Source: Utricularia gibba (taxonomy: Eukaryota > Plantae > Magnoliophyta). From it: a stretch of DNA of 64,000 bases. Position 1 is the first letter of the stretch. The number at the start of each line of letters is the position of its first letter. This document shows positions 11,122 through 24,266 of the stretch, piece after piece. Under the pieces are notes generated by a model that made no database searches, was not told the DNA's origin, and saw only the letters and a list, made by a program, of their open reading frames with translations. The stretch covers positions 2,666,001 through 2,730,000 of the forward strand of contig NEEC01000007.1 in the NCBI GenBank assembly GCA_002189035.1, given 5' to 3'. Both the position numbers and the translations under genes were made by a program.

Positions 11122-14100
11122 ATGAATGGATGTGCATCATCATTTAGTGTAGTCAATGCCGAAGATCATTCTATGGGAGGAGTTGTTGAAGGTGGAATTG
11201 GGATTGGTATTGCTGATGACACTTCTCCCAGGAAAGTAGTTATCGACAAGGTTCAAGCAGAACTTAGGTAAAAATATTTTGTTCATAAAATTTTATGTCC
11301 CACTCCAAACATTTTCTTCAGGGTTTCCCAGGTTCAGATAACTGACGCCATTCTTCTTATTTTTTCTTTTCAGTCAAAAGTATAGAGCTCGTGATGAAAC
11401 CAAGCAAGAATTGGAATTTCTTGAGAAGGTGTTGTGCACATATATATATATATATATATATATATTATGATTTCTGATTTCATGTTTTGTTTTGGGATCT
11501 GGATTTCGTTTCTTTTATTTCAGGGCGGAAACCTCTTAGACTACAAGCTTCAGGATGTTGCTTCAGCTAGTTTTCTGTCAACTTCAGTTGCTGATCAACA
11601 GAATGATCGGCTAGTGACCAAGTAATTCCCTTGACCACTGGTTTGGCGACATCCAATATATTTATTTTTTTCTATTTGAAGTAGCTTTATTTTAAATATT
11701 TACGTCTGTAGCTCTTTTATCCTATTATTTTTTAATTTCTTCCGAAACAATGTAGTGATGCAAAAGGTAGTTCTGCATTTGTCTCGTCATCCCATGGAGA
11801 TTCTGTTGAAGCAAGTGGTGAACCTGCGATGGTTCCTTCAGAAGTCAATAGCGCTGACAATCTCATATATTTTGATGCTGAAACTGAGTTTTCTGAAGGT
11901 GGTCGAAGTTTGTCCCATCCTTGCAGGACTGGCGTACCACTAGAACCATCATTGAGCATAAATGAACCACGGAAACATGGTGATTCGGCTGCACTTACTC
12001 TACCGAGGAAGGCATACAAAAGGCGGTATAGGTCATGCCCTAGTCGTGATGGTGTTAGATCTAGCACAATGAACGTGGATCCTGCTGATGAGGTTTTATC
12101 TAATCAGCTCGGCCCTAGGGATGTAAAAGATTTGGAGTCCGAGGGGGAGAAACAAGATACGAAGGCTGCTTTGCCAAGTTCTTTAAGTCCAGTTGAGGGT
12201 TGCTTGTTAAAGAGTGAAACTTCTGGTGAACTGCTTCTTAGTGATTTGGATCGTTCAAGGTGTCTTGAATCTGTGAAAAATTCTGTAGAATGTTCTAGTC
12301 AGCCCGTTCAGCCAGATTATACTTCTTCCAGTAACCTTTTGCATGAGAAACTGCACCAAGAACAACAGTATAGTGCTCCTAGAAGTCCCAAGGGAATGGG
12401 CTCTGATGGACTACAAGGAATTGAAGTGATGGAAATGAAAAGTCTCTCAGTTAGTGATAGCCGGCTGTCTTTGACCTCAAGAAGATTTGATGATCAGATG
12501 ACTGCAGGTTTCGAGAAGACAATGGAACTTGACAAGCGTGCTGTTGTCCTAAAAAGTGATCCTAATGCTTTATGTATGATAGACAGTGGAAGAAGTCATA
12601 CAAATGAAACAGGCACACCTTTAAACAATATTGACTCTTCCGTGAGCAATAAATGTCAAATTTTATCCAGTGAGGCATCTGTAATGGATCTTCACAAATC
12701 TCTGACTTCGAAGAAAGGTCATGAAGAAAGTGAGAATTTAAGACTTTTTAAACAGGAGAAGCATCGTGGCCCTCAGAGTATTCTGAAGAATGGTGTGTCA
12801 CTTCAATCAATTGAAGGCTCAGCACAAAGCATATCAAAATCTAGCAAGATGCTAGAACATGTGACTGTTGAGAAACTGTGCACCAGCCACTCAGATGTGT
12901 CAGATCCCAGTAGAAAGCATGATGATTCTTTGTTAGAGAATCCAAACGCACGTAATGAAACATCTTGTAGCAGGAACGGTGATTCTGTCGATGCCAATTA
13001 TTCAAACTCCAAGCATTCAGGATTTTCAAATACGAATTCCAGTGTTGTGAATCAACTGAAAACTTCCGTATGTGATTCAAAGTTGGCAGAAAATATTGAT
13101 GAGAATTCAGTTTTGGAAGAGGCACAACTCATTGAGGTTATAATCAACAAGTTTTTCCTTTTTCTTTATTCACAGTGATTTTTGACTATCTGTAATTTCT
13201 ACTGGCTCAAAATATGTTATGCAATTTCTCAATAGGCAAGAAGAAAAAAATTTGTGGAGCTCTCTATGGTCACATTGCCAACAAAGATTCAATGGAGATC
13301 ACATTGGGGTTATGTGCTTGAAGAAATGGCATGGCTATCAAATGATTTTGCACAGGTTTTTGAAATTGTTATTTTTTATTCTGCATGTGATTTGCCTTGT
13401 AGTTCATTCACTTGGAATATTTGGGTGAATCAAAGCTGCGTGTTTTTACACGTTGAGTCAATTCCATCTGAATAGCTTATCTTTACCATGTAATTAGGAG
13501 CGTATGTGGAAAATAACTGCAGCAGCTAATACATCCTTCAAAGCTGCTGTTGCTTGCCGAATGAAGAAAGAAACCAAAAACACTGGAATGGATGCTAAAA
13601 TAGTTGCTCGTACCATAGCAAAAGCTGTCTTGGAATTCTGGAACTCTGTTGTTGTGCAGGTGTGCATGGGATGCTACTATTATCTTTTTCTTGCATTTCT
13701 TGAACAATTGGTACTTTGAAGCGTACTTCCTTTTGCGTAAATTTTCTGGTGTCACATTGGTGTATTCATTTATCATTTATGCATACTATATGTTCTCCAT
13801 CATACAGTTGATTCTAACATGTCTACTAGACTGGATCTGACAAAGTTGAGTCCTTTACTATATACATTTATTATTAAAAGTAAACATAAAGCAATTTTTC
13901 TGTTTTTGCAGGGGACAGATGAACTGATTCAGCAAAAAAACCACAGGAATAACAACCCTATTAGAGCGTATGCCACCAGGCTCATTGTATCTCATAAACA
14001 ATGCAATCTATTTTATTCAGAAGATTCACCTGTAAAACGAGATAGCGCTTCTGATTGGGAACTTCCAGACATCCCAGAAGACAATATCCCTTATGTATTG

Positions 14101-17100
14101 TTCATTTCTGAGTACCTCAAATATCTATATGATTTTCTTATGTCTAAGTCAAAGAAAAATGTTCCACTTCTTATACTTATTTTATTCTTAAGCAGGAAGA
14201 ACAGAATTTCTATACAGTGGTTCCTGGAACGATGGAAGCCTATAGAGCTTCAGTTACATCCCACGTGGCTCACATTGAGGTAATGTGGTACTTCTCATCT
14301 GTTTCCTGTTACTGTACTGTATTTGCTTCTTTAGTCATGAAATTACGACTAAAGATTGGCTAAGAGCAAGGAATTATAGGTCCTCAGGGCCTGAAGATTG
14401 GCTCATTTAATGATGTGAACCTTAATTTTGGTCAAGTTTGTTTTTGTGATATGAAAGACAATTTCCTGTTTACTTTTTTTTTTTATAAAATTGTATTGGT
14501 AAGTTTCAACCCTAATATGAGACGTTCCTTGGTGTCAAATTTTCATTTTTATTTCTAATTTCACAGAGAACTGGAAGCTATGTGCAAGAGGAATCAGAGG
14601 CTTCTGCTTGTGATGGAGTAGTTGGTCAGTATCATTGAATCTTATGTATTTTCAAGGATGCGGTTCCTGTTTATGAGAATGATATTTCTGCAGATTTTGA
14701 ATCTCAAGATCATTTATACAATCAGAATGAAGGAGAAGCTAGAACCTTTGACTTGGCAGAGGCATTTGAAAGCAATATGTCTTCTAGATGTGGTAGAAAG
14801 AAGTTGAAACGCCTGAAACATGGGCATGGCATTGGATCATATGAAGTGACTTCTTTGCAACATTGTGATGTCAAATTAGTGAAACGTGAGCCAGGTTCAT
14901 TAGCAAAAAGGCCTGGTGGCAATCTTAATGTATCATTTCCAACAAAACGTGTCCGAACTGCTACCAGAAGAGTTATCAGCCCATTTAGTGCAGGACCATC
15001 TCGATCCTTTCAGTTGCAAAATAAAGCAGATGCATCGAGTGGAGATACAAGTTCACTTCAAGATGAACACAGTACACTACGTGCTGGTTTGGTTTATTCT
15101 AATGCATTGGATGCTGATTCTCTCCGGGATTATGAGAAACAGGCACTTGCTGAATCTGCAGAAGTATCAATGATGCCAAAAAAGAAGAAAACTAAGCATA
15201 TGGTATTTTGAAACTTTCACCAACTCTGTTTACTGGTTGAATTTCAGGTGGTAATTTCTTTTTTTGGTGGTTTTTTTTATGACAGAGCGATGACTACGAT
15301 TCACGATGGCAAGCTGACTCTAGTTTCCATGAGGAGCAGGTGAATCATTCCTTAACGCATTTCATCAGTGCATTAGGGAGTTTAATATTGTTGGAACTGA
15401 AGTGTTTTTCATAATGCGCGTGATCCTTTATCTGCTCAAACTTGTAATATTATTGAAATCTAAACTTTTACTCAGGAAAATACTCAGTGGAAAAATATTT
15501 TGAATACAAAAAACGTAGTTTTTGTACTTTCATCCTGTCAGCCCTTCTGAACTGTAAATACTCTTGCATTGTAGAGGAATCGCTTTAGAAGGAGCTCTGA
15601 GGCTCGTCTGCTGGAATCAAATGGAAATGGTGATAACACTTTGTTTTCCATCTGACTTATTCAAGTTTTCAATTTGTGCTGTTTTCCAGAGCATCCTAAC
15701 CTTTTACATGTCTATGGGAAGGTTTATTTGGTCAACCAATGACAAAGAAGCCCAAGGTTTTGCGACAATCAAGGGATCACTCTTTTGATAATCCCATTCA
15801 ATCTGGTATGGCCCTTCCTTCTCCGGTGGCCTCACAGTTCAGCAATATGCAAAATCGAAATACATTTGTAAAGATTCATGCTGGTCGAGATCATGCAAGG
15901 AAAGTTAAAGGCCCCAAGGTCATATATTTTTGCTTTATAGTTTGGAAATTTCAGATTCTTAACTCAATAGCTCCTAGATTTTACATTTCTTCTTCATTTT
16001 TACTTTCAGAATCCTACTGGACAGGCAGGATCTGGGAGTCCATGGTCTATCTTTGAGGATCAGGTAAATTACTTTAAATGCTCTTGTTTGTAGCATGTAG
16101 GTATATTTTTCTGACATGGCTTGCAGTTGTTTTCCAACTTTGAGAGTCAAGGTCTTGCTCATTTATCAGTATCCCTTTTAGGCACTTGTTGTCTTGGTGC
16201 ATGACCATGGACCCAACTGGGAGCTTATTAGTGACGCATTTAATAGCGCTTTGTATTTTAAGGTAGCGTTTTTTCTGAACCGTCTATTTTCTTTGTCTAA
16301 GCAGCATTCGCTCTTATGTGTTTTACGCTATTTTTTTTTATGAAATTAGTGTATATTTCGCAATGCTGAAGAATGCAAGGAGCGACATCATGCATTGATG
16401 GACAGAAGTTATTGTGATGGAGCAGATAGTGCTGAAGACTCTGGGCCACCACAGCCTTACCCATCTGCATTACCAGGGATTCCCAAGGTCAAAATACCGT
16501 TTATTTTATTACCCGTCAGCTTGATTGGTTTGGTGATGAATTCTCTTATAATTTCACATGGTTTGTGAGTAGCCTGTCCGGGATCAACCCCATTCCCTGT
16601 CATCAGTTTTTAGTTCCTTCTTTTCAGGGAAGTGCTCGACAGTTGTTTCAGCGTTTGCTTGGCCCCATTGAAGAAGATACACTGCATTCTCATTTTGAGA
16701 AAATAATAACAATTGGGCAAAAACTTCTAGTTCGTAGGAGTCAGGTATCCTCGTGTTAATTGTTGACATCTTTTGTCATTTTATTAATTGAATTTAAAAT
16801 AATCCATTTTTTTCTCGAAATCAAGCTTTCTGAGTCTATAACCATTGGGGATTCTAACTTCTCCAAATATCCGCTTTTTCCTTTTTAATGTTTCAATACA
16901 TCGTAACTGCTTTGGAAGTATATAATGCTTCTTTTTGCTCGGTTTTATTTGTTGGGGATTCTGTATGATGCGTGCTCATGCTTAGGAAACCTGGGAACAC
17001 GAAGTACCGTAATCAGATCACGCACTATTAAGAAAATGAACACATTTTCCATTTCGCTAAATGGTGATTGATTTATTTTCTTTCCACAATTGGCTGGTTG

Positions 17101-19314
17101 ACAGTTATGATATAAAGCACCGAATGATCTTGTTTGATCTAATTGTTGTTCACTCTTCTTATCTTCAAGTGACCATTATTTTAATTTAGTAACACGATTT
17201 ATTCACTGATTACCAGGATCCGAAGCAACTCCTCCAACCTCACAGCTCTCATTCAGCTGCTCTTTCCCAAGTCTTTCCAAATAACTTGAACAGAGGATCC
17301 ATTCTTACGTAAGACATTGGGATGCATTATCCAAAGTTGAAATTTTTGTTAGGTAAGTTGCCTGTTGAAATTGTCTCCGTGTTCCCTTGAAGGCCCCTTG
17401 ATCTGTGTGACGTAGTTCGAGGCCCTGATGTTTTTCCAACTGGAATGCAAGTAGTAAATACTGCTGGATCGGCTGGTACAAATCAGGGTATGAACAACCC
17501 ATTGGTTCCATCATCTGCTGGTTCTGCATTGCAAGGATCCTCAAATATGACACCTGGGACTAGTTTTTCGTCTCCTGGATTCACCAATTCATCTGCTAGG
17601 TAACGAAACATAATTACCTCAGTAACCAACTGCGTCAATTCTAACAGAACAGTGTTTTCTTGCCTCTGGTAGAGATGGTAGGCATGTAATCCCTAGATGC
17701 GGATCATTGTCAGCTGATGATCAGCAGAAAATTCAGCACTACAATCAAATGGTTCCAGGCAGAACCGTATCACAAGCTACTGTCCCTGCTTTAGGTGCCG
17801 TCGCTGGGAATGGTCGTCGTATTAACGCCAGTGGCAGCGCTATGGGTGTGATGGGCAATGGAAATAAAAGTTTCCCGATGGCAAGACCTGGCTTACCAGG
17901 AACTTCAACATCTTTGGTGAGTTCTGCGACTGTGGCACCACCTACAGTTCCACCAAACATGCAAGCTGGATTTGTCACAGGCCATGGAAGCTCCATGCCA
18001 AGATCTAATGATGCCTCGCAGTTGATGCGGGTATGCCATTTGACCCTCCCTCCATTTCTCGGTTCTCCATTTAGTTGATGCGTGCGCATGAAAACCTCAC
18101 TGTCCTTTTATTGTTGGCAGAAGTTTAATATGTTATGTTTCCCTGTTGTTGTAGCCTGGTTTAGGTCAGGATTCTCCAAGGCAAATCGTGAGCGGAAGTG
18201 GCCAAGGGGTGCCTCGCCCTCGGGTGTAACTTCCCCTCTTCCTATCCAGACAGCCGCTAGTCCTGTTTCACCATACCCCAGCAACCACCAGACAACCCTT
18301 CCAATGTCTCCACACCGGCCCCAAATTCAACATGCATATTTTGAAGGACAAGCAAATCGGCTTGGGAAAGAGCGGCAGCTACATCAGCGTATGGTGCTTC
18401 AACAGCCACAACAACAGTTTGCTGCTAATTCCTCCGTGAGACCTGTGCAGCCAAAGCCTCAGCATCCCTTGCCATCTCCTATCCAGACTGGTTCACAACC
18501 TCAGCCCCCCCAAAATTTACCAGCTAGTCTTTCTTCAGTACCAACATCTTCATTGCTTTCAAGCCCACAGTATCAACAGAAACATCAACCGGCTGCTTTG
18601 GGAGTTGCACAGAATACACAAAGTGGCGGAAATGTGCTAGCAAATCATACTGGCAAGCAACAAGGCAGACAGCATCACTTGCCACAATCCAGTAGGCATC
18701 ATCCTCAACGGCAACAGTTGCAAGCTGTGCAGCAAGTGAAGGTATCAAAGGGTGGTGGCACTGGGAACGTTATACCGCACCCTGTTGATTCCTCCGTTAC
18801 AAATGGAATTACTGAAAGTCCAATCATACAGCCTCCGGATAAGCGAGAAGCTGGTTCTCAATTGATGCAAAATCAGAGCTTAAATGCTGGTTCAACACTG
18901 AGTAGTATGCAGCCTACCAGGTTGAGTGACACGCTCCATCAGCAGAAAGTTTATTCCAGCCAGGGTAATTCTGGTACGAAACATATTCAGACTTCGAAGT
19001 CTGACAATGGTAGTCAGGACCAGGCTTCACCGGTAGCTGTTCTAGCTGTAAATGATGGTCAGCAGTCATGTTCTCCTGTGGTTGGGACAACATCAGATGG
19101 CATATTGAACAATCAGGGTTCCACAGTGCCCTTGTCTTCTAACTCGCATGATGCAGTGTCTCAAGATGGCCAGAGACCGACTGCTGTCAAGCATGATGCT
19201 AATGAACAATGGCAGCAGAATCCTTCCCAGCCAGGGCAAAAACAACAGAGCCAGCTTCTCCAAGCAGGCAATGGTAACCTGCACGGTAGGCCTAGCGACC
19301 CTGGATTGGGTTGA
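11122..19314 (+). CDS. EAF1: Chromatin modification-related protein EAF1 (NuA4 scaffold; HSA and SANT/Myb domains), many exons
   Basis: N-terminus VNAEDHSMGGVVEGG..LEFLEK|GGNLLDYK..HGDSVEASG. HSA domain RSHWGYVLEEMAWLSNDFAQ|ERMWK. SANT domain SPWSIFEDQ|ALVVLVHDHGPNWELISDAF. Gln-rich C-terminus ending GNGNLHGRPSDPGLG*. Possible frameshift near 18206. Confidence 0.9.
11441..11464. repeat. (TA)12 microsatellite in EAF1 intron 2
   Basis: Direct reading of the sequence. Confidence 0.95.
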
Positions 19315-20032
19315 TCTGCAGCTGACCCATTGCGGAGCACCAGGCAATATTAGACTTATCACTCGTTCGCGACACCATTGCACAGGTTTGTTCTCTGCCA
19401 CAACACTTTCAGCTCTACTTCTCTAAACTGATCCTGTAGTAAATCCAGCAGCCTGATATTTCCTCAACTCACCTCATGCTTTCATGGCTGGACACGGAAA
19501 GAAGGATGGTGTCCCTTAGACTACATTTTTGGCAATGGAAGTACAGTAGCAGCAGGTACGTAGGAGGTAGGTGTACAGAATGGAGTCAAATCATTTGGCG
19601 GCTTGCTCACCCTTCCACCAACTCCCACTCCCACTCGCCATCCATCATGTTTGGTGCATGCTTTCCTTAACTGATTGGGAGGGAGCTTGTACAGAGTAGC
19701 CATCGATTGTCGTGGCCAAAAGCTGTAGAAAATTTTGTGAATATTATTTAGTTGTTAGCATTCAACCTTCCACTCTGTGGTGTACTGTGTCCCCATTCCC
19801 CAGTATGTCTGTTGGGAACCCACACGATGGCCCCCCTCCCTCTTGTCACCAGCACCAAGTGTACATCCAAGGGTTATTTTTTTATTTTCTTGATGGAGCA
19901 ATGTTTGATCTACAGAAAACACTTCAAGATGGAGATACTTGTGGGTTGAGATCGAAAACAATTGTAATAAACTGTATCTGAACTCAAAATAGATCCGGCC
20001 AAGTCACCGAGCACTAGAGGTGTGCAAAGGCA

Positions 20033-21930
20033 TCACTGCTGGGCACACTGAACCCTCTGGGCGCCGCCGTGCATGTCGTCGTCCTCGTCCTCGTCATACG
20101 CCTCCCGTTGCTGACTGGCCTTCCGCTTCATCTCCTCTTCCATGTTGACATCGTGAAGAGTGCATTCTTCGCACTCGTCGATCTCCATATCCGTCAGCCG
20201 AGGCTTCTGCGGCAGGACTTTTCCTAGAGCCGTCACCTGATCCGGGGAGAGAGCATCAGGGAACTCCACAGTGAAATGAATGTACAGCTTGCCCTTCATG
20301 AATGGCCTCTGATACATTGGCATTCCTTCATCATTGATCGCCTTGTAAGAATCTGCATGATGCGAGCACATCATTAAGAAGCCATAAAAACTACCGTATG
20401 TATTCTGTTGTAGAAAAGATAAAAAAAAATACTCACTAGGCTTCACGACTTCTCCAGGAAGAGATTTTATGAGCAGTTGCCTGCCATCCAAGTGGGTCAA
20501 AACAAATTGGAAGCCACATAAAGACTCTGTCAGTGAGAGGGTGTGCTCTACAAAGAGATCATCACCCTTCCTCTTGAATTTGGGGTGATCCTTCTCAAGA
20601 AGGACGAAGACAATATCTCCGGTGGCAGTATCCGGCTGTAGAAGGAAAACATGGGTTCATTAGCATGCCTTTCATAAGTGAGCATCAAACACACACACAA
20701 CAGATTGATCGTCATACCGCCTCATCAGCCTCTCCAGGGAATGTGATCTTCTGACCATTCTGCATTCCTTTCTCCACATGGACCTCCAAAACCTTCTTCT
20801 CCTGGACCACTTTCTCAGCCTTGCACTGAGTGCAACGATCCTTATCTTTAATGGTTTCACCTGTTCCCTTACACTCACTGCAAGGGTGCTGCATTTGCTG
20901 TATCATTCCAGGTCCAATTTGCCGAATCGTAACCTTCATTCCACTTCCTTGACAACCATAACAACTCGATGAAGCTCCAGATTTTGACCCCTTACTGCAA
21001 TGCAGAAACCCAAGTTAGAAACAGACAAATACGCTCTTAACTGGTAAGAAGTAAGGAATACACACCCGTTGCATTTTCTGCAAATAACATTTCGGGATAA
21101 AGATAGTTTCTTTGTTGTTCCAAGGTAGACATTCTCCAAAGAAACTTTCAGTTGATGCACGACGTCCTCTCCTCTCCTCTGCCTTCGTCCCCTGCTGCTA
21201 CCACCACCTGAGAAACAGACAACCGCAAAACTATTGACGAAGAACGAGACAGCATAAAAAAGCCAGCTTTGCAACACCTAGCCGCTCTGTAAAGGTGAGT
21301 TCACGTAGTCACTACAGACCATAAACGAACCAAGGCTCATCCGCATGATATAGTTTATTACAACTACACACAAAACAGCATTTCATAACAAAGGCTAAAA
21401 CATTTTTTATTATTTCTTACCACTACAACCTATAGCAGCCCAGAAACTTTCACATAGCTGAGTTCAAAATCAGATATCATAATGCAGCCAGTCTCACCTC
21501 CAAAAGGACTACCACCAAAAAAGGATGAGAAGATGTCGAATGGATCATGCATTCCTGCACCACCACCCATCCCTTCCTTGAGCCCATCTTCGCCATACTT
21601 ATCATAGATACTACGTTTATCAGGATCACTCAGAACCTCATACGCTTGGGAAATCTCCTTAAACTGCAAAGTACAACATCGTATTCAATACTTCGGATTC
21701 ACACAAACCACCATCGAATATTAAAGACAACCAAACTAAACGCAAAAAAAAAAAAAAAAAAATCGATTCAGTAAATGGAAGAGTACTTTCTCAGGGTCAC
21801 CCCCTTTGTCAGGATGATTCTTTATAGCAGCTTTCTTGTACGCTTTCTTCAGATCATCGGCAGACGCCGATTTGGGCACACCAAGAACTTCATAGTAACG
21901 GGAATTATCACTTTTCTTCGAAGAAAACAT
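20033..21930 (-). CDS. Cytosolic type I DnaJ/Hsp40 (ATJ2/ATJ3-like), 6 exons
   Basis: J domain with HPD ([11 protein letters not shown]), G/F region, CxxCxGxG zinc-finger repeats, C-terminal CaaX motif CAQQ; all junctions in frame. Confidence 0.96.
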
Positions 21931-22176
21931 CTTGAACTCCACCAAATCCCAAGCGCCGTATCGATCTAAACCGGATTACAATCCCCTAACAACGATTGGA
22001 TACCAAAACCTAATACGAATCGTATCTGACTATCGATTCACGAACTTGCGAACGGACAATGAAGACACGGCGACGCCGATCGGGTTTGAAGGGTCTCCTT
22101 CGGCAGCTGTGCCCCATATGTAGCAACAAGAAAGCATGTATTGACCGTTGATCAAGATAGACGGCCTGGATTTCTC

Positions 22177-22334
22177 TTCTAGATTGTTCTTCCCCACCCA
22201 GGTGCGACCCGTATTGACCTTTTCTTTGCCAACAAGAAAAATAATATATAAATAATATTTTTTATTAAAACAACATTTTTCTCCCCTATTAATAATTACA
22301 AATATAGATACATTTTCTTTCCTTGTTCCAGAAG
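22177..22334. promoter_or_regulatory. Heat-shock-element-like motifs upstream of DnaJ
   Basis: TTCtaGATtgTTC at 22177-22189 (one mismatch to the HSE consensus) and gTTCcaGAAg at about 22325-22334. Position relative to the TSS is unknown. Confidence 0.35.
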
Positions 22335-22574
22335 AGCTTATTAGTACAGTGCAGGATGCATCATGCCTTAGAGATGGAATCACTTAAGCATCAATCCAGC
22401 ATCTGAATCAAGAACACAAAAAACAATGCCGAAATCGTCTTGGTCGTGTCGAATTCGAGATTGAAGATTCGGTATATGGAACTCAATGGATTCATAACAC
22501 TCTGGAATACTATCAACATCAACAAAATGGAACAGAACTCAAATGTTGATCAGGGAACCAGACAAAATTCTTGA

Positions 22575-24266
22575 TTACTTGTGCTGTTGCTTCTTCCATA
22601 GTACTCCAAACCTTTTCAGCAGATTCCCATTTCTTTTCTTATGCATCTCTTCATCCCCATAAGTTAACTTTACAGGGCTGTTGATTTTCCCACCAAGCAC
22701 CCCATCACTCTCTGCAGCCACTATTGAGGCAGCTACCTCTGCAGCTTTTCTCCATTGTTCTGACTGCATCTTAAGCTTCCTCAACTCACATTCCATCTCT
22801 GAGTTCCCCCTTACGAGGGTTTCTAGTTCCTGCATCAGCCACTCGGACTCTTTTTTGTTCTTTTCTATTTCAGCAGCAGCTTCCCTCTCTATTTTGAACT
22901 CACTCATTTTCTTGAGGCGTGACTTCAGCGCTGTGCTTTCTGTTGTTGCATTCTCCAATTCCATCTCTTTGACTGTCAAATGAGCTTTGAGGGATTCTGT
23001 TTCTACCTTCAGATTGTTCAGTTCCATCTCCATTTCAAGCTTACGATGGCCTGAGCTTTTGCTATTAAGCTGCATTACAAGCATTGCATTCCTCTCTTGG
23101 GAGGACTGCAGTCGTGTTTCCATGTCCATTAGATTTTCTGTAAGCTGATCCGCTTCGTTTTTTGATCTTCTAATCTCCGCTTCCAGCTCACCCTGCCTCT
23201 GCTTCGATGCAGAATTCATGATTTTAATGATTTCAACGGCATCTTGTGTCTCCTCCTCTTTGCGGATTAGCTCTTCATCATATCGGATGCAAGCAGCCTC
23301 TAGAGCAGATTTCAATCCTTCAAGTTCAAGCTTCAAACAAGCAATATCCATTTCATTTAGCATCTCCTCATCTAATCTAAGCTCATTTTGATCCAAGTAT
23401 CGCTCTTCAAGACATTTAACATGAGCTCTTGAATGTGTGAGCTCGGAAGCAAGGACCTCACAGGCTTCTGAAGCTTCACAACTTCGTGCATTAAGTATCT
23501 CAGTCATTACTTTTGCCTCCACCAGTTGCAGTAGTGTTCCATCAATGGCTTCTAAGGCCAGACCTTCAGATCGCTTAGCTTCACTTGTCTTAATCTTTAG
23601 CTCTTCCAAAACCGAACAAGCATCCTGCAGCTCCATCTTCAGCTCATGGAGCTGCTTCTGCTGCGATTCAAACTGCTTCTTACGTGCTGCTTCGAATACA
23701 GCTTGCGATTCCAGCTGCTCTCTGAGAAGCTTGATCTCATCCATTGCAGAAACCAAGGCAACAGACTCCAAAACTTGCTTCTGAGAATCCTCCAACTTCT
23801 TGGACAGTGCCGAGAGCTTCTTCCTTGACTCCTCTGCATCTTTTTGTGCTTCCTTTTTCAGTGATTCTGCAGAGATCAACTGATCCTTCACAATATCAAG
23901 TTTGTTTTCCAGTTGAAAAATATGCGACTCCATTTCTGTAACTCTGATGGGACCTTTATCCTGAAAATTCTTCACAAAACCAAATTCACTTCAGTGGTTT
24001 CCAAACAGAGGACATGAAAAGATTGAGCAACATAATACCTCACTGAGTCTCCGTGTTGGCAAACCACAATCAGAGAGCCTAGCCGTTCTCTCTTTGGATG
24101 ATTTGCCAGCAAGATTCAATGACGATACTGTAGGATCTAAGTATCTTGGGCTCGTCTTAACAAGATGAAGTAAACCACTAGAACCACCTTGAGGAGGATC
24201 CTTGAGAAGCATCTCTGAAGAACCAGGCTTTACAGAAATCCTTTTAACTGGCTTTGAAGATTTCAT
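22575..24266 (-). CDS. Interactor of constitutive active ROPs (ICR/RIP family) coiled-coil protein, 2 coding exons
   Basis: Long coiled coil; QWRKAA motif (LRKLKMQSEQWRKAAEVAA); C-terminal KKRNGNLLKRFGVLWKK. Exons 24266-24039 and 23960-22575, phase 0. Confidence 0.9.

Noticed and set aside
15348-15368. U12-type branch-point match TTCCTTAAC followed by CAG
   Set aside because: Lies only about 8 nt inside a normal GT intron with no U12 donor upstream; the GTATCCTC donor at 16745 has no U12 branch point either.
12803-23941. Numerous 60-115-aa ORFs antisense to or overlapping EAF1, DnaJ and ICR exons
   Set aside because: Shadow ORFs of real coding exons with no independent motifs.
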